Notes: a model not told the origin generated them from the letters alone. Counted from the stretch's first letter, positions 1-11,425 are shown. The stretch is DNA of 64,000 bases from Candidatus Latescibacterota bacterium (GCA_965242865.1 CBDETK010000013.1:1888001-1952000); one strand, 5' to 3'. Numbers and translations are program-made.

Positions 1-271
1 GCAACCCCCGATAGCAGCCGATGTCCATGAGCCGCTTGACATTCAGGGTGGTCTCGCCGCGCAAACTGCCTTCGACCTTGTGGCTGACCTCGATGACCGA
101 GCGCAAACTGTTGACTTGGTCTTCGCTCAGCTCGTTGATGCGAGTTTGGGGGTCAATCCTCGCCTGAGCGGCGATGCGACGGGCTGTCGCGTACCCAATG
201 CCAAAGATATAGGTCAATGCGATGACGACCCGCTTGTCGCGGGGTAAATCTACACCTGCTATGCGTGCCAT
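1..271 (-). CDS. rpsM: 30S ribosomal protein S13 (runs off window start)
   Basis: Manual translation from ATG at 271: [26 protein letters not shown]; follows rpmJ. Confidence 0.97.
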   Translation of the reverse strand, partial: MARIAGVDLPRDKRVVIALTYIFGIGYATARRIAAQARIDPQTRINELSEDQVNSLRSVIEVSHKVEGSLRGETTLNVKRLMDIGCYRGL

Positions 272-346
272 GGTGTTTGCCTCTTCATGGTAAAGTGCTC
301 GGGGGGCCGACCGGTCTTAGGGCTTCAACGACCCTAAATCAGCAAA

Positions 347-463
347 TCAGCCTTGCTTCTGCTTGTGGCGGGGATTGCGCCGGCATATCACGCGCACGAC
401 CCCGTGCCGACGGACGATCTTGCACTCGGCGCAACGCTTGCTGACAGAGGCTCTAACTTTCAC
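347..463 (-). CDS. rpmJ: 50S ribosomal protein L36 (Zn-binding type)
   Basis: Manual translation, GTG start: [38 protein letters not shown]; below the ORF-track cutoff. Confidence 0.97.
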   Translation of the reverse strand: MKVRASVSKRCAECKIVRRHGVVRVICRRNPRHKQKQG

Positions 464-499
464 GATACTCGCTCCAAGTGAGGGGGTCGCCGCAGTTTT

Positions 500-1846
500 T
501 TAGCCGCGACGGCCCTGAATTTTGCCCCGCTTCATAAAGCCCTCGTAGTGGCGAGTCATTAGCTGGGACTCGATCTGCTGCAACGTGTCTAACGCCACGC
601 CGACGACGATCAAAAGCCCGGTGCCGCCAAAAAATTGGGCAAAAGAAGGAGCCACGTTGAATTGCTGCGTGACGAAGAAGGGAAAAATCGCCACCAGCGC
701 GAGGGCAATAGAACCCGGCAAGGTAATCCGCGTCATAATCCCATCAATGTACTGGGCGGTGCGCGGACCGGGGCGAACCCCCGGAATGAAGCCTCCGTGC
801 TTTTTCATGTTGTCGGCGAGCTGATTGGGATCCATGACGATGGCAGTATAAAAATACGTAAAGAAGATGATCATTAGCGCATAGACGAACCAATAAAACA
901 GGGATTCGGTCGAGAAAAACGAACCTATCGCCAGCATGAACTCATGGCCGGGGAACATCTGCGTGATCGTACCGGGCAAAAACATGATCGACTGGGCAAA
1001 TATGATCGGAATCACGCCCGCCGTGTTGATCCGCAACGGAATGTGCGTGGTCTGGCCGCCGTAAACCCGCCGCCCGACGACGCGCTTGGCGTATTGCACG
1101 GGAATTTTGCGTAGCCCCTGAGTCAGCAAGATCACAAAGGCCACGACTAAGAACATGAGGCCGACGAGAAAGATCTCTTCAATGATGTTCTTGCTAAAAC
1201 CGCGATTGATGATGAAGAGGTTGTATTCTTGATTGATCGCGTAGGGCAACTCGGCGATGATGCCGATGAAAATTATCAGAGAAATGCCGTTGCCAATGCC
1301 GCGCTCGGTGATCTGCTCGCCCAGCCACATGATAAAGATCGTGCCGGTGGTAATCGTCAGCATGGTCGCCAACGTAAAGCCAAGACCTGGGTCGGCCACG
1401 GCCGGCTGCCCCGAGTACGGGGCCTTGATGCTGGTTATGAAGAAACTGACGCCGTAGGACTGAGCAGCCGCCAGAAAGACCGTGCCATAGCGCGTGTACT
1501 GGGTTATTTTTTTGCGCCCTTCTTCGCCTTCGCGCTGCAATTTTTGGAAGTAGGGAATAACCGCGCCCAGCAACTGCAAAATGATCGAGGCGCTGATATA
1601 GGGCATAATGCCCAGCGCAAAGATCGTCCCCCGCGTAAAAGCACCGCCCACAAACATGTCGTACAGCCCAAAAAGGGTGTTGCCAGAGCTTTCAAAATAC
1701 TCTTTGAGCACGGCTAACTCGACCCCGGGCACCGTGATCTGACCGCCGATGCGATAGACGACCAAAAGCCCCACCGTGAAGAGTATCCGGCGACGCAAAT
1801 CGGGAATTTTGAAGCAGTTTTGAAAACTCTGCACCAATTGCATCAA
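500..1846 (-). CDS. secY: Preprotein translocase subunit SecY
   Basis: IFALGIMPYISASII, GIGNGISLIIF, GGFIPGVRPG motifs; end of spc operon. Confidence 0.99.
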   Translation of the reverse strand: MMQLVQSFQNCFKIPDLRRRILFTVGLLVVYRIGGQITVPGVELAVLKEYFESSGNTLFGLYDMFVGGAFTRGTIFALGIMPYISASIILQLLGAVIPYFQKLQREGEEGRKKITQYTRYGTVFLAAAQSYGVSFFITSIKAPYSGQPAVADPGLGFTLATMLTITTGTIFIMWLGEQITERGIGNGISLIIFIGIIAELPYAINQEYNLFIINRGFSKNIIEEIFLVGLMFLVVAFVILLTQGLRKIPVQYAKRVVGRRVYGGQTTHIPLRINTAGVIPIIFAQSIMFLPGTITQMFPGHEFMLAIGSFFSTESLFYWFVYALMIIFFTYFYTAIVMDPNQLADNMKKHGGFIPGVRPGPRTAQYIDGIMTRITLPGSIALALVAIFPFFVTQQFNVAPSFAQFFGGTGLLIVVGVALDTLQQIESQLMTRHYEGFMKRGKIQGRRG

Positions 1847-2292
1847 ATCACCTCGGCTTGGCCGCCTGCTTTGACAATTTTCTCGGCGGCCGCAGTGGAG
1901 AATTTGTGCGCCTTAACCGTCAGGGGCTGGCTCAGTTCCCCTTCGCCGAGGACCTTGAGCAGCCCTGATGGCTTGGCGATCAAACCGGCCGCAGCCATTT
2001 CCTCTGGCCCGACTTCCCCGCTGAGTCCCCTCGCTTCAAGGTCGCGCAGATTGACGATCTGGTAGATCGTTTTGAATTTGTGATTGGAAAAACCCACCTT
2101 GGGAATGTGGCGGAACAGCGGCAGGGTCCCGCCGGTGAACCCGACGCGGTTGCCGCGCCTAGCACCGGACCTAGCCCGCTGGCCTTTGTGGCCTTTGCCG
2201 GCGGTCTTGCCCGTCCCCGAACCCGGCCCTTGTCCCAGTCGCTTGCGGCTCCGCTTAGACCCCGGAGGGCATTTTATGTTTTCTAGACGCAT
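1843..2292 (-). CDS. rplO: 50S ribosomal protein L15
   Basis: GSGTGKTAGKGHKGQRARSG motif; synteny. Confidence 0.98.
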   Translation of the reverse strand: MRLENIKCPPGSKRSRKRLGQGPGSGTGKTAGKGHKGQRARSGARRGNRVGFTGGTLPLFRHIPKVGFSNHKFKTIYQIVNLRDLEARGLSGEVGPEEMAAAGLIAKPSGLLKVLGEGELSQPLTVKAHKFSTAAAEKIVKAGGQAEVI

Positions 2293-2305
2293 GGCACGCT
2301 CTCGC

Positions 2306-2497
2306 TTACTCTTCTACGGCCTCTACTTCCTCTACGGCGACCAGATGCTTGACTTTGGCGATCATTCCCCGAATCTGGGGCGTGTCGTTGTGCTCGACCT
2401 GTTGATATAGGCGCTTGATTCCCAACGCCGCGATCGTCGCCTTTTGCCCTGCGGCGCGGCCAATGGCACTGCGCCGCTGCGTAATGATCAATTTCAT
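2306..2497 (-). CDS. rpmD: 50S ribosomal protein L30
   Basis: RSAIGR...TPQIRGMIAKVKHLV; between rpsE and rplO. Confidence 0.97.
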   Translation of the reverse strand: MKLIITQRRSAIGRAAGQKATIAALGIKRLYQQVEHNDTPQIRGMIAKVKHLVAVEEVEAVEE

Positions 2498-2503
2498 GGG
2501 CTC

Positions 2504-3037
2504 TTAATCCCAAGCGCGGAGCGATTCCACCGGAACCCCGCGCTCCCGAGCGATCATCTCGGCACTGCGTAGTTGCGTCAGTGCTTTGACGGTCGCCTTC
2601 ACTGAATTCTGCACGTTGTTGGACCCGAGGGATTTGGTCAGAATATCGTGGATGCCGGCCAGTTCCAGCACGATGCGGGTGCCACCGCTGGCGATGATTC
2701 CAGTTCCCGGGGTCGCTGGCTTAAAAAGGAGCTTGGCCGCGCCAAAGACTCCGACGACCTCATGCGGGATGGTTCCGTCGGTGACCGGGACCTCGACGAC
2801 GTTCTTTTTGGCCGCCTCAGCCCCCTTGCGGATGGCCTCGGCGATCTCACCGGCCTTGCCCGAACCAAACCCCACTCGACCCTTGCGGTCGCCAACCACA
2901 ACCATCGCGCTAAAGCTGAAACGCCGCCCTCCCTTGCGCACATGCGAAACTCGCTTGATGCTGTTTTGGACGACAGCTTCGCTCAGTTCGGCATCGCTGG
3001 AATCGGGTTTCCCTCTGCTCGTATCTGCTTTCGCCAC
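2504..3037 (-). CDS. rpsE: 30S ribosomal protein S5
   Basis: [23 protein letters not shown] motifs. Confidence 0.98.
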   Translation of the reverse strand: MAKADTSRGKPDSSDAELSEAVVQNSIKRVSHVRKGGRRFSFSAMVVVGDRKGRVGFGSGKAGEIAEAIRKGAEAAKKNVVEVPVTDGTIPHEVVGVFGAAKLLFKPATPGTGIIASGGTRIVLELAGIHDILTKSLGSNNVQNSVKATVKALTQLRSAEMIARERGVPVESLRAWD

Positions 3038-3048
3038 GCCGTTCTCCC

Positions 3049-3423
3049 TTAAAAATTCAAGCCGGCTTCCCGCGCGCCATCGGCCACGGCCTTGATCACT
3101 CCGTGATAGAGCAGGCCGCCGCGGTCAAAAACGACCTGCTTAATGCCTTTTTCGTGCGCCTTGGCAGCGACTATTTTGCCGACTTCGTGCCCTTGCGCCA
3201 CGCGATTGTCAAACTGCCGTTCCCTCAGCTCCCGACACTGGGTGGAAAGCCCTAAAAGGGAATGACCCACCGCATCGTCGACGAGCTGCACCTCGATATG
3301 ACGCAGGGAACGATACACCACCATGCGAGGACGCTCGGACGTACCCGACACGATCTTGCGCAGTCGGTGCCGACGACGCTGCCGACGCTGCCGCTTTCCG
3401 GCCAAGTGTTTTTTGTCTTTCAT
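3049..3423 (-). CDS. rplR: 50S ribosomal protein L18
   Basis: [20 protein letters not shown]. Confidence 0.98.
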   Translation of the reverse strand: MKDKKHLAGKRQRRQRRRHRLRKIVSGTSERPRMVVYRSLRHIEVQLVDDAVGHSLLGLSTQCRELRERQFDNRVAQGHEVGKIVAAKAHEKGIKQVVFDRGGLLYHGVIKAVADGAREAGLNF

Positions 3424-3980
3424 TAGCCTACTGCCGCCTTGCCCTGTTTCCAGTGAATGACCTCGTTTTCATAGCGAACCCCCTTGCCCTTGTAAGGCTC
3501 TGGGCGGCGCTTGAAGCGAATATCGGCAGCCACTTGGCCCACGAGTTGCTTGTCGATGCCCCGGACGGCGATGCGGGCTTGCGCGCCTTGAGTGCCGCCG
3601 GACACTTCGATTTGGATGCCCTCGGGGACCTCGTAGATCACCGGATGCGAATACCCTACGTGGAGCACGAGCTGTCGGCCTTGGACCTCGGCCCGATACC
3701 CTACGCCAAATAGATCCAAGTTCTTGAAAAAGCCCTTGGAGACTCCCTCAACCGCATTGGCGATCAAGGTGCGGGTCAAGCCGTGTAGGGAACGAGCCTG
3801 TTTGCTCTCGCCTTTGCGCGTCACAATTAAGGCACTGTCTTGCTGAGCCACTGCGAGATGCTCGGCGACAAACGGCACCTGTAACTGGCCTTTTGGCCCT
3901 TTCACGGAAACCTCGGCAGGCGCCAACGCGACCTCGATGCCCTGCGGTAAGGGAAGGGGTTTGCTGCCTATGCGCGACAA
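3423..3980 (-). CDS. rplF: 50S ribosomal protein L6
   Basis: MSRIG start, PEPYKGKGVRY. Confidence 0.98.
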   Translation of the reverse strand: MSRIGSKPLPLPQGIEVALAPAEVSVKGPKGQLQVPFVAEHLAVAQQDSALIVTRKGESKQARSLHGLTRTLIANAVEGVSKGFFKNLDLFGVGYRAEVQGRQLVLHVGYSHPVIYEVPEGIQIEVSGGTQGAQARIAVRGIDKQLVGQVAADIRFKRRPEPYKGKGVRYENEVIHWKQGKAAVG

Positions 3981-4004
3981 TCTAAATTCTCCCAGTGGCT
4001 TTCA

Positions 4005-4403
4005 TTACCAGACGCTACAGAGGACCTCGCCGCCCACGCCGTTTATTCTCGCTTCTTTATCCGTCATCACGCCCTTAGAGGTGGAGATGATGGCGATGCC
4101 CAGCCCCCGGAGCACGCGCGGAACATGGGCCTTGCCCGCATATTGGCGCAACCCGGGTTTGCTGACGCGCTCTAGCCCGCGAATGATGCTGTTATCGTTC
4201 TGATCATAGCGCAGATAGAGCCGCAAAATGCCCTGCTTGCCATCTTCAATAAAGGCGAAGTTGTCGATAAAACGGGCCTCGGCCAATACGCGGGCCACTT
4301 CTCGCTTCAGCTTTGAGGCGGGCACGTCGACCTTTGAGTGCTTGGCACCACAGGCGTTGCGAATGCGGGTCAACATGTCCGCTATGGGATCCGTCATGCT
4401 CAT
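4005..4403 (-). CDS. rpsH: 30S ribosomal protein S8
   Basis: [21 protein letters not shown]. Confidence 0.99.
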   Translation of the reverse strand: MSMTDPIADMLTRIRNACGAKHSKVDVPASKLKREVARVLAEARFIDNFAFIEDGKQGILRLYLRYDQNDNSIIRGLERVSKPGLRQYAGKAHVPRVLRGLGIAIISTSKGVMTDKEARINGVGGEVLCSVW

Positions 4404-4421
4404 TATTGATTCTCCAACTCG

Positions 4422-4607
4422 CTACCAACTCGCCTTGCTAACGCCCGGAATCTCGCCCTTGAGGGCCAACTCGCGAAAACAAATGCGGCACAGGCCGAAC
4501 TTGCGATATACAGCACGCGGGCGTCCACAACAGTGGCAGCGAGTATAGGCTCGCGAGGAAAACTTGGGTTTGCGCTGCGCTTTGGCTATCAAGCATTTCT
4601 TTGGCAT
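4422..4607 (-). CDS. rpsN: 30S ribosomal protein S14 (short Zn-binding type)
   Basis: [24 protein letters not shown], 61 aa. Confidence 0.98.
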   Translation of the reverse strand: MPKKCLIAKAQRKPKFSSRAYTRCHCCGRPRAVYRKFGLCRICFRELALKGEIPGVSKASW

Positions 4608-4625
4608 TAGCAGGTTCTTTCTGAT

Positions 4626-5171
4626 TTATTGGCTAAAGGGCATGCCCAACAATCGGAGCAACTCTTGGCCTTCTTCGTCGCTTTTGGCCGAGGTGACAAT
4701 GGTGATGTTCATGCCCCGGACTTGGTCGATCATATCGTAGTTGATCTCGGGAAATATGATCTGTTCCTTGATGCCCAGATTGTAGTTACCACGCCCGTCG
4801 AAACTCTTGGGCGAAACTCCGCGAAAATCTCGCACCTGCGGCAAGGCGAAACTAATCAAGCGGTCGAGAAACTCGTACATGCGGGTGCCCCGCAACGTGA
4901 CCATGCAGCCGATGGGGATGCCGACGCGCAATTTGAAGTTTGAGATCGCCTTCTTGGCTTGGCGGATGGCGGGCTTTTGGCCGGTGATCGCCGTCAATTC
5001 GGCTACCGCGCCTTCGAGCACCTTGGGCTCTTGCACCGCCTCGCCAACGCCCATATTGACGACGACCTTCTGCAAGCGCGGCACCTGCATGTCGTTCTCA
5101 AAGGCGAAGCGGGCCTTGAGTTGGGGCAACGCTTTTTCGCGATATTGTTTTTTCAGTCTGGCTTCGTACAT
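4626..5171 (-). CDS. rplE: 50S ribosomal protein L5
   Basis: [31 protein letters not shown]. Confidence 0.99.
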   Translation of the reverse strand: MYEARLKKQYREKALPQLKARFAFENDMQVPRLQKVVVNMGVGEAVQEPKVLEGAVAELTAITGQKPAIRQAKKAISNFKLRVGIPIGCMVTLRGTRMYEFLDRLISFALPQVRDFRGVSPKSFDGRGNYNLGIKEQIIFPEINYDMIDQVRGMNITIVTSAKSDEEGQELLRLLGMPFSQ

Positions 5172-5179
5172 GGCTTGGC

Positions 5180-5497
5180 TTATTCTGGGTCAATCATTTC
5201 GCCGCTGCGAACCGAGACGCGCACGTATTTACCGTTGTCCAGCTTCCGGTGGCGGATGCGCGTCGGTTGGTCGGTCTTGGGGCAAACGATCATGACATTG
5301 GAAACGTGAATGGGGGCCTCGCGCTCAACGATACCTCCCTGGGGGTCGCGCGATGTCGGGCGGGTGTGGTGCTTGCGCATATTCACGCCTTCGACGATGA
5401 CTCGCCCCCGATCTTTAAGCACACTGAGTACGGTCGAGCGCCGGCCTTTGTCGTTGCCGCTTATGACCTGTACTGTATCGTCTTTGCGAATGTCCAT
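5180..5497 (-). CDS. rplX: 50S ribosomal protein L24
   Basis: KOW motif, EAPIHVSNV. Confidence 0.98.
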   Translation of the reverse strand: MDIRKDDTVQVISGNDKGRRSTVLSVLKDRGRVIVEGVNMRKHHTRPTSRDPQGGIVEREAPIHVSNVMIVCPKTDQPTRIRHRKLDNGKYVRVSVRSGEMIDPE

Positions 5498-5508
5498 TAT
5501 GCTCTTCC

Positions 5509-5877
5509 TCAGACGACCTCAGGCGCCAACGAGACAATGCGCATGTATTGCTTTTCGCGCAGCTCGCGGGCCACAGGCCCAAATATGCGAGTACCTGTGG
5601 GCTCCTTATCGTCATTGACCAATACAGCGGCGTTGTCGTCAAAGCGGATGTAAGAGCCATCGGGACGGCGATATTCCTTCTTGGTCCGCACAACTACGGC
5701 CTTGACGACTTGCCCTTCCTCTAAAGGCCCGTTCGGCGCTACGCCGTGGACAGCGACTACGATTAGATCGCCAATGCTGGCATAGCGCTTGCGGGAGCCG
5801 CCCAGTACGCGAATGCAGCGGCCTGTACGGGCCCCGGCGTTATCCGCCATTTTGACTACGCTGTATTCCCGAATCAT
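5509..5877 (-). CDS. rplN: 50S ribosomal protein L14
   Basis: [30 protein letters not shown]. Confidence 0.99.
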   Translation of the reverse strand: MIREYSVVKMADNAGARTGRCIRVLGGSRKRYASIGDLIVVAVHGVAPNGPLEEGQVVKAVVVRTKKEYRRPDGSYIRFDDNAAVLVNDDKEPTGTRIFGPVARELREKQYMRIVSLAPEVV

Positions 5878-5904
5878 GTTGTTCCTGCCAGCTTAATTTT
5901 TGAT

Positions 5905-6162
5905 TTACTGCCGCTCTAGTATATCGACGAGCCGCCAACGCTTGGTTTTGCTCATGGGCCGGCACTCCTCAATGCGCACGAGATCGCCAACTTGCGACTC
6001 TTCCTGCTCGTCGTGGGCGACAAACTTGGCAGTGCGGCGGATGATCCGGCCGTACAGGGCATGCGGAATGCGCTGTTCAACCGCCACAATCCGCGTCTTG
6101 ATGTTACTGGCCTTGAGCACTCGGCCTTCAGCCTGACGCCGGCCTCGCTGTTGTTTAGCCAT
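5905..6162 (-). CDS. rpsQ: 30S ribosomal protein S17
   Basis: GDLVRIEECRPMSKTKRWRL; start re-set to ATG at 6162 (MAKQQ). Confidence 0.96.
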   Translation of the reverse strand: MAKQQRGRRQAEGRVLKASNIKTRIVAVEQRIPHALYGRIIRRTAKFVAHDEQEESQVGDLVRIEECRPMSKTKRWRLVDILERQ

Positions 6163-6169
6163 TTCCCAC

Positions 6170-6385
6170 CTATTTCCCGCCGGCCAAGGGGCGAATCCCG
6201 CGCTCGTGCTCTTTGAGCACTGTGTGCGCCTTGGCAATATCGCGCCGCACCTGCCGCAACCGAATGGGACTAGTCAACTGGCCGGCTACGTGCTGAAAAC
6301 GCAGGTTGAAGAATTCCTCGTGTAGTTCTTCCAACCTGCTTTGCACTTCCTCTACACTCATCTCGCGCAATTCGCTGACCTTCAT
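6170..6385 (-). CDS. rpmC: 50S ribosomal protein L29
   Basis: FNLRFQ...IRLRQVRRDIAK; start re-set to ATG at 6385 (MKVSELR). Confidence 0.96.
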   Translation of the reverse strand: MKVSELREMSVEEVQSRLEELHEEFFNLRFQHVAGQLTSPIRLRQVRRDIAKAHTVLKEHERGIRPLAGGK

Positions 6386-6389
6386 AGCC

Positions 6390-6800
6390 TCACGCAACTC
6401 GTTTGACGACCTTGGTCTTGATGGGCAATTTGTGGCCGGCGCGGCGAAATGCCTCGCGGGCCGTGGCTTCGGGCACCCCAGAAAGCTCAAACATCACCCG
6501 TCCGGGTTTGACGACCGCAACCCATCCCTCGGGCGAGCCCTTGCCTTTGCCCATGCGGGTTTCGGCCGGTTTCTTGGTGATCGGTTTGTCGGGAAAAATG
6601 CGAATCCACATCTTGCCCGTGCGGCTCATCGCCCGACTGATCGTCACGCGCACCGCCTCGATCTGGCGGCTGGTAACCCAACAAGGTTCGAGGGCTTTAA
6701 GGCCGTATTCGCCAAAGGAGACCATGTCCCCGCCTTTGGTCTGGCCGCGCATACGCCCCCGCGCTTGCTTCCTCCACTTGGATTTCTTGGGCATCAACAT
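6390..6800 (-). CDS. rplP: 50S ribosomal protein L16
   Basis: [22 protein letters not shown]. Confidence 0.99.
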   Translation of the reverse strand: MLMPKKSKWRKQARGRMRGQTKGGDMVSFGEYGLKALEPCWVTSRQIEAVRVTISRAMSRTGKMWIRIFPDKPITKKPAETRMGKGKGSPEGWVAVVKPGRVMFELSGVPEATAREAFRRAGHKLPIKTKVVKRVA

Positions 6801-6819
6801 AGAGATAATCTCGCTGTAA

Positions 6820-7473
6820 TTAGACCGCTCGCACGGCCCCTTCTTCGGCCACGACTTCGCCGTGACAAATCCAAACTTTTACGCCCACAGTCCCCGATAC
6901 GGTATAAGCCGTCGCCATGGCGTAGTCGATATCGGCGCGTAGCGTGTGCAAGGGGACCCGGCCGGCCGGCTCGGACCGCTCGCGCCGGCCCATTTCCGAA
7001 CCGCCGATGCGCCCGGAACAGACGATGCGAATGCCCTCGGCCCCCATGCGCATCGACGAGGCTACCGATTTTTTCATGGCCCGGCGGAAGGAAACGCGCT
7101 GCTCTAGCTGGCGGGCGAGGTTGTCGGCCACGAGCTGAGCATCCAATTCGGGCTTCTTGATCTCTTGGATGTTGAGCGAGACATCCTTGCTGGTCAGTGT
7201 CTTGAGCTCGTCGCGAATTTTATCGACTTCGGCCCCGCGACGCCCAATGGCAATCCCGGGACGCGCCGTATGCACTTCAACGGTAACTCGCTTGGGCTGA
7301 CGCTCGATGTTGATCTGGGACACGCCGGCTCGCTGTAGGCGCTGGCGTACGTAGCGCCTAAGCATGAGGTCTTCCTTAAGCAACTCGGAAAAATCCTTTT
7401 CGGCGAACCAATTTGAACGCCAAGGCTTGATGACCCCGAGGCGGAAGCCGTATGGATGTGTTTTCTGGCCCAA
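6820..7473 (-). CDS. rpsC: 30S ribosomal protein S3
   Basis: [27 protein letters not shown]. Confidence 0.99.
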   Translation of the reverse strand: MGQKTHPYGFRLGVIKPWRSNWFAEKDFSELLKEDLMLRRYVRQRLQRAGVSQINIERQPKRVTVEVHTARPGIAIGRRGAEVDKIRDELKTLTSKDVSLNIQEIKKPELDAQLVADNLARQLEQRVSFRRAMKKSVASSMRMGAEGIRIVCSGRIGGSEMGRRERSEPAGRVPLHTLRADIDYAMATAYTVSGTVGVKVWICHGEVVAEEGAVRAV

Positions 7474-7483
7474 GGAGCCCCCC

Positions 7484-7831
7484 TTAGTTGGCCTCGTCGC
7501 TGACGACGACCGTGAGATTGCAGTGGCGCTTGCGAATGCGATCGGCCGAGCCGCGAGCCCGCGGACGAATGCGCTTGAGATCGCGGCCTTCGTCGGCGAA
7601 GACGCGAGTTACGTAGAGATCATCGGCATCAACCGGATTCTCTTCATCCTGATTTATTCCATTGGCTATGGCCGAACGCAGGGTCTTTTCGACCAGCTTG
7701 GCCACGGGACGCGGCGAAAACCTAAGAATGGTAAGGGCCTCGGCGACGGGCTTGCCGCGAATCAGGTCAATGAGCTGGCGCACTTTCGTGGCCGGTACGC
7801 CGATTTGTTTGAGTACGGCTTGGGCTTCCAT
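7484..7831 (-). CDS. rplV: 50S ribosomal protein L22
   Basis: [17 protein letters not shown]; synteny. Confidence 0.98.
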   Translation of the reverse strand: MEAQAVLKQIGVPATKVRQLIDLIRGKPVAEALTILRFSPRPVAKLVEKTLRSAIANGINQDEENPVDADDLYVTRVFADEGRDLKRIRPRARGSADRIRKRHCNLTVVVSDEAN

Positions 7832-7833
7832 GC

Positions 7834-8121
7834 TTATTGCACCCTCGTGCCGCGCTCAGTCAACCGGCCCCCGTGGCCGCGAAAGGTGCGGGTTGGCGCG
7901 AACTCGCCGAGCTTGTGCCCGACCATGTTCTCTGTGATGTACACTGGAATAAACTTATTGCCGTTGTAAACAGCGAGCGTATGGCCGACGAAGTCGGGCG
8001 TAATGGTTGAGCGCCGCGACCAAGTTCGGACGACCTGTTTGTCGCCCGTGCGATTGAGGTGCTCAATCTTTTTTGCTAAATGCCCGTCGATAAAAGGACC
8101 TTTTTTAATCGATCTTGCCAT
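7834..8121 (-). CDS. rpsS: 30S ribosomal protein S19
   Basis: [23 protein letters not shown]. Confidence 0.99.
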   Translation of the reverse strand: MARSIKKGPFIDGHLAKKIEHLNRTGDKQVVRTWSRRSTITPDFVGHTLAVYNGNKFIPVYITENMVGHKLGEFAPTRTFRGHGGRLTERGTRVQ

Positions 8122-8130
8122 AATCCCTCG

Positions 8131-8964
8131 CTACTTCGCGTTGCGCCGGCGTATGATCCACTGATTGCTTTGGTTTTTGCGCTTGCGCGTCTTGTACCCC
8201 TTAGTGGGCTTGCCCCAAGGGGTGACCGGGTGCCGCCCACCTGAAGACCGGCCCTCGCCTCCCCCATGCGGGTGATCAACCGGATTCATAACGACGCCCC
8301 GCACCTTGGGTCTGTGGCCCAACCAACGGGCGCGACCCGCCTTGCCAATGACAATATTGGCGTGTTCGATATTGCCCACCTGCCCCAAAGTCGCCATGCA
8401 CTGGACGGGGACTTCGCGATTCTCCCCGGAAGGCAGGCGCAACTGCGCCCGGCCGCCATCGCGCCCGAGAAGCTGTACTTCCGCTCCCGCGCTGCGGGCG
8501 AGCTGACCGCCGCGCCCAGGATTGAGTTCGACATTGTGAATCGTCGCGCCCAAGGGAATGTTGGCCAACGGCAAGGCATTGCCGACCTGGATTGGGGCGT
8601 TGGGACCGGCGACGATTTCGGCCCCGACTTTGAGGCCCAAAGGCGCGAGGATATAGCGTTTGTCTCCGTCGGCATAGACGACGAGAGCAATAAATGCCGA
8701 GCGATTGGGATCGTATTCGATGGCGGCGACCCGGCCCGGCACACCGAGCTTGGTCCGCTTGAAGTCAATGACGCGGTAACGCCTCTTGTGCCCCCCTCCG
8801 CGCCGACGCATGGTCAGACGCCCCTGATTGTTGCGTCCGCCCGACTTGCCAACGGCCGCGGCGAGTAAGGACTTTTCGGGCTTGCTGCGCGTTAGGTCAT
8901 CAAAGGAGTTGACCGTCTTGTAGCGCAGGGTTGGGGTTGTGGGGCGGAATTTTTTGACGGCCAT
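8131..8964 (-). CDS. rplB: 50S ribosomal protein L2
   Basis: [23 protein letters not shown]. Confidence 0.99.
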   Translation of the reverse strand: MAVKKFRPTTPTLRYKTVNSFDDLTRSKPEKSLLAAAVGKSGGRNNQGRLTMRRRGGGHKRRYRVIDFKRTKLGVPGRVAAIEYDPNRSAFIALVVYADGDKRYILAPLGLKVGAEIVAGPNAPIQVGNALPLANIPLGATIHNVELNPGRGGQLARSAGAEVQLLGRDGGRAQLRLPSGENREVPVQCMATLGQVGNIEHANIVIGKAGRARWLGHRPKVRGVVMNPVDHPHGGGEGRSSGGRHPVTPWGKPTKGYKTRKRKNQSNQWIIRRRNAK

Positions 8965-8980
8965 CTCGAGATCAACTTAG

Positions 8981-9265
8981 CTAGATATTTTCTGCAAATT
9001 CAATGGAGTCGCCGGCTTGGAGTGTCACATAAGCCTTTTTCCAACCGGCGCGTCGTCCCAAGTACATCCCTTGCCGCTTGGGCTTGCTGGGGACTTTGAT
9101 GGTGCGGACGGATTCGACCTTGACCGAAAAAATGGATTCTACGGCTTGGCGAATCTGGAGCTTGTTGGCCTTGGGGTGGACGCGAAAGGCGTATTTGTTG
9201 CCCTCGCGCAACATAGTGGCTTTTTCGGTGATCACCGGCTTCTGAATAATCGCTCGCGGGTTCAT
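8981..9265 (-). CDS. rplW: 50S ribosomal protein L23
   Basis: PVITEKA, WKKAYVTL. Confidence 0.98.
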   Translation of the reverse strand: MNPRAIIQKPVITEKATMLREGNKYAFRVHPKANKLQIRQAVESIFSVKVESVRTIKVPSKPKRQGMYLGRRAGWKKAYVTLQAGDSIEFAENI

Positions 9266-9268
9266 TGT

Positions 9269-9907
9269 TTAACCTCTTTGGCCACGCTTTTCTACGAGCC
9301 GGTCCAAGGCTTGGCGCGTAAATAAAACCACATCCGTTGCCAGCAAGTCATAGGTAGATAGCGACCCGAGATGGGTAGTCTTTACCTTGGGTAGATTGCG
9401 GCTCGATTTGATCAACACCGGCGAGCTATCCACCGTGACAAACAGAACCTTCTGGCCTTCAAGACCGCATGCTACAATAACCTTCTGGAAGGAACGGGTA
9501 CTGGGAGCGGGAAAGTCAAAGTCGGTGACAACCTTGATCTGCCCCTCTGTACCTTTGACCGTGAGGGCCGAGCGGAATGCCAAACGCTTGAGGGACTTGG
9601 GCAGTTTGGAAGCATACGAGCGGGGGTGAGGGCCAAAGGCCACGCCGCCCCCACGCACCAACGGCGAGCGCAACGAACCCCGACGCGCCCAGCCCGTGCC
9701 TTTCTGGCGATGGTGCTTCTTGCCGGTGCGGGCTATTTCAGACCGGGTCTTGGCCGAGGCCGTCCCCTGCCGCTGATTCGCTTGGTTGGCGACGATCGCT
9801 CGGTAGAGCGCGTATTCCGAAACCTCAATGCCGAACAAATCCTCGGGCAATTCCACCGAGCCGTTTGCTTGTCCTTCGCTGTTTAGCACTTCTACCTGCG
9901 CACCCAT
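9269..9907 (-). CDS. rplD: 50S ribosomal protein L4
   Basis: RQGTASAKTRSE, RQKGTG, GGGVAFGP. Confidence 0.97.
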   Translation of the reverse strand: MGAQVEVLNSEGQANGSVELPEDLFGIEVSEYALYRAIVANQANQRQGTASAKTRSEIARTGKKHHRQKGTGWARRGSLRSPLVRGGGVAFGPHPRSYASKLPKSLKRLAFRSALTVKGTEGQIKVVTDFDFPAPSTRSFQKVIVACGLEGQKVLFVTVDSSPVLIKSSRNLPKVKTTHLGSLSTYDLLATDVVLFTRQALDRLVEKRGQRG

Positions 9908-9914
9908 TGTCCAA

Positions 9915-10223
9915 TCAAACCTTTATGTCAATGCCGATACCCGCAGGCAGGTCGAGCTTCATCAGAGCATCCACGGTCTGCGGCGTTGAATCGTAAATGT
10001 CGATGAGGCGCTTGTGGATGCGCGTCTCGAACTGCTCGCGCGATTTCTTGTCCACATGGGGGGACCGCAGCACGGTGTACACAGTGCGTGCAGTCGGCAG
10101 TGGCACCGGGCCGGCGATGCGAGCCCCGCTCCGCTTGACCGTCTGGACTATCTCATCCACGGACTTGTCCAAAGCGATATGGTCGTAGGCTTTGAGGCGA
10201 ATGCGTATTCTGTCAACTGCCAC
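9915..10223 (-). CDS. rpsJ: 30S ribosomal protein S10
   Basis: [23 protein letters not shown]. Confidence 0.99.
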   Translation of the reverse strand: MAVDRIRIRLKAYDHIALDKSVDEIVQTVKRSGARIAGPVPLPTARTVYTVLRSPHVDKKSREQFETRIHKRLIDIYDSTPQTVDALMKLDLPAGIGIDIKV

Positions 10224-10234
10224 TGGCTCGTATC

Positions 10235-11425
10235 CTAATCGGAGACCTCGGTGACGACACCAGAGCCGATGGTCCGACCGCCCTCGCGAATGGCGAAGCG
10301 CAACTGCGGCTCAATGGCAATAGGCTGGATTAGCTCTACTTCCATATTGACGTTATCTCCCGGCATGACCATCTCTGTGCCCTCAGGCAGAGCAATGGTC
10401 CCGGTGACGTCGGTGGTGCGAAAGAAAAATTGGGGCCGATAGCCAGAGAAAAAGGGCTTTTCGCGCCCCCCTTCCTTGGGGGTCAACACCACGACCTCAG
10501 CCTTAAACTTGGTGTGCGGCTGGACAGAAGCAGGCTTGCAGATGACCATTCCGCGCATTAGCTCGGCTTTCTCGACGCCGCGGAGCAGAAGACCGACATT
10601 GTCGCCAGCCTCGCCCTCGTTGAGCAGCTTGCGGAACATCTCGACGCCGGTGACTGTGGTCTTGCGCGTCTCCTTGATGCCGACGATCTCCACCTCTTCG
10701 CCGACCTTGATCCGACCGCGCTCAACGCGACCCGTGCCAACCGTGCCGCGGCCTTGGATCGTAAACACGTCTTCGACCGGCATCAAGAAAGGCTGATCGA
10801 CATCGCGCACTGGATCGGGAATGAACTCGTCAACCGCATTCATCAATTGGTCGATCGACTGAGTGCCCGTCGGCGAGTCCGTCCCTTCGAGGGCCTCAAG
10901 GGCCGAACCGCGGATTATCGGGGTCCCTTCGCCATCAAAACCGTATTCGGAGAGCAACTCCTGCGTCTCCAACTCGACCAAGTCCAAAAGTTCTTCGTCA
11001 TCTACTTGATCAACCTTGTTGAGATAGACGACAATGCTGGGCACGTTGACTTGGCGAGCCAACAGAATGTGTTCGCGGGTCTGGATCATCGGCCCGTCAG
11101 CAGCACTGACGACCAAAATCGAACCATCCATCTGGGCAGCCCCGGTAATCATGTTTTTGATGTAGTCGGCATGGCCGGGGCAATCGACGTGCGCATAGTG
11201 GCGCTTGTCGGTCTCGTACTCCTGATGGGAGACATTGATCGTCACCCCGCGGGCCTTTTCTTCCGGGGCATTGTCGATTTCATCGACGCCCTTAGCCTCG
11301 GCCAAGCCCTTGTTAGCCAAGTGTAAGGTGATGGCCGCCGTCAAGGTGGTTTTGCCATGGTCGACGTGGCCAATGGTACCGATATTGACGTGCGGTTTAT
11401 TGCGCTGAAACTGTTCCTTAGCCAT
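10235..11425 (-). CDS. tuf: Elongation factor Tu
   Basis: [30 protein letters not shown]. Confidence 0.99.
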   Translation of the reverse strand: MAKEQFQRNKPHVNIGTIGHVDHGKTTLTAAITLHLANKGLAEAKGVDEIDNAPEEKARGVTINVSHQEYETDKRHYAHVDCPGHADYIKNMITGAAQMDGSILVVSAADGPMIQTREHILLARQVNVPSIVVYLNKVDQVDDEELLDLVELETQELLSEYGFDGEGTPIIRGSALEALEGTDSPTGTQSIDQLMNAVDEFIPDPVRDVDQPFLMPVEDVFTIQGRGTVGTGRVERGRIKVGEEVEIVGIKETRKTTVTGVEMFRKLLNEGEAGDNVGLLLRGVEKAELMRGMVICKPASVQPHTKFKAEVVVLTPKEGGREKPFFSGYRPQFFFRTTDVTGTIALPEGTEMVMPGDNVNMEVELIQPIAIEPQLRFAIREGGRTIGSGVVTEVSD

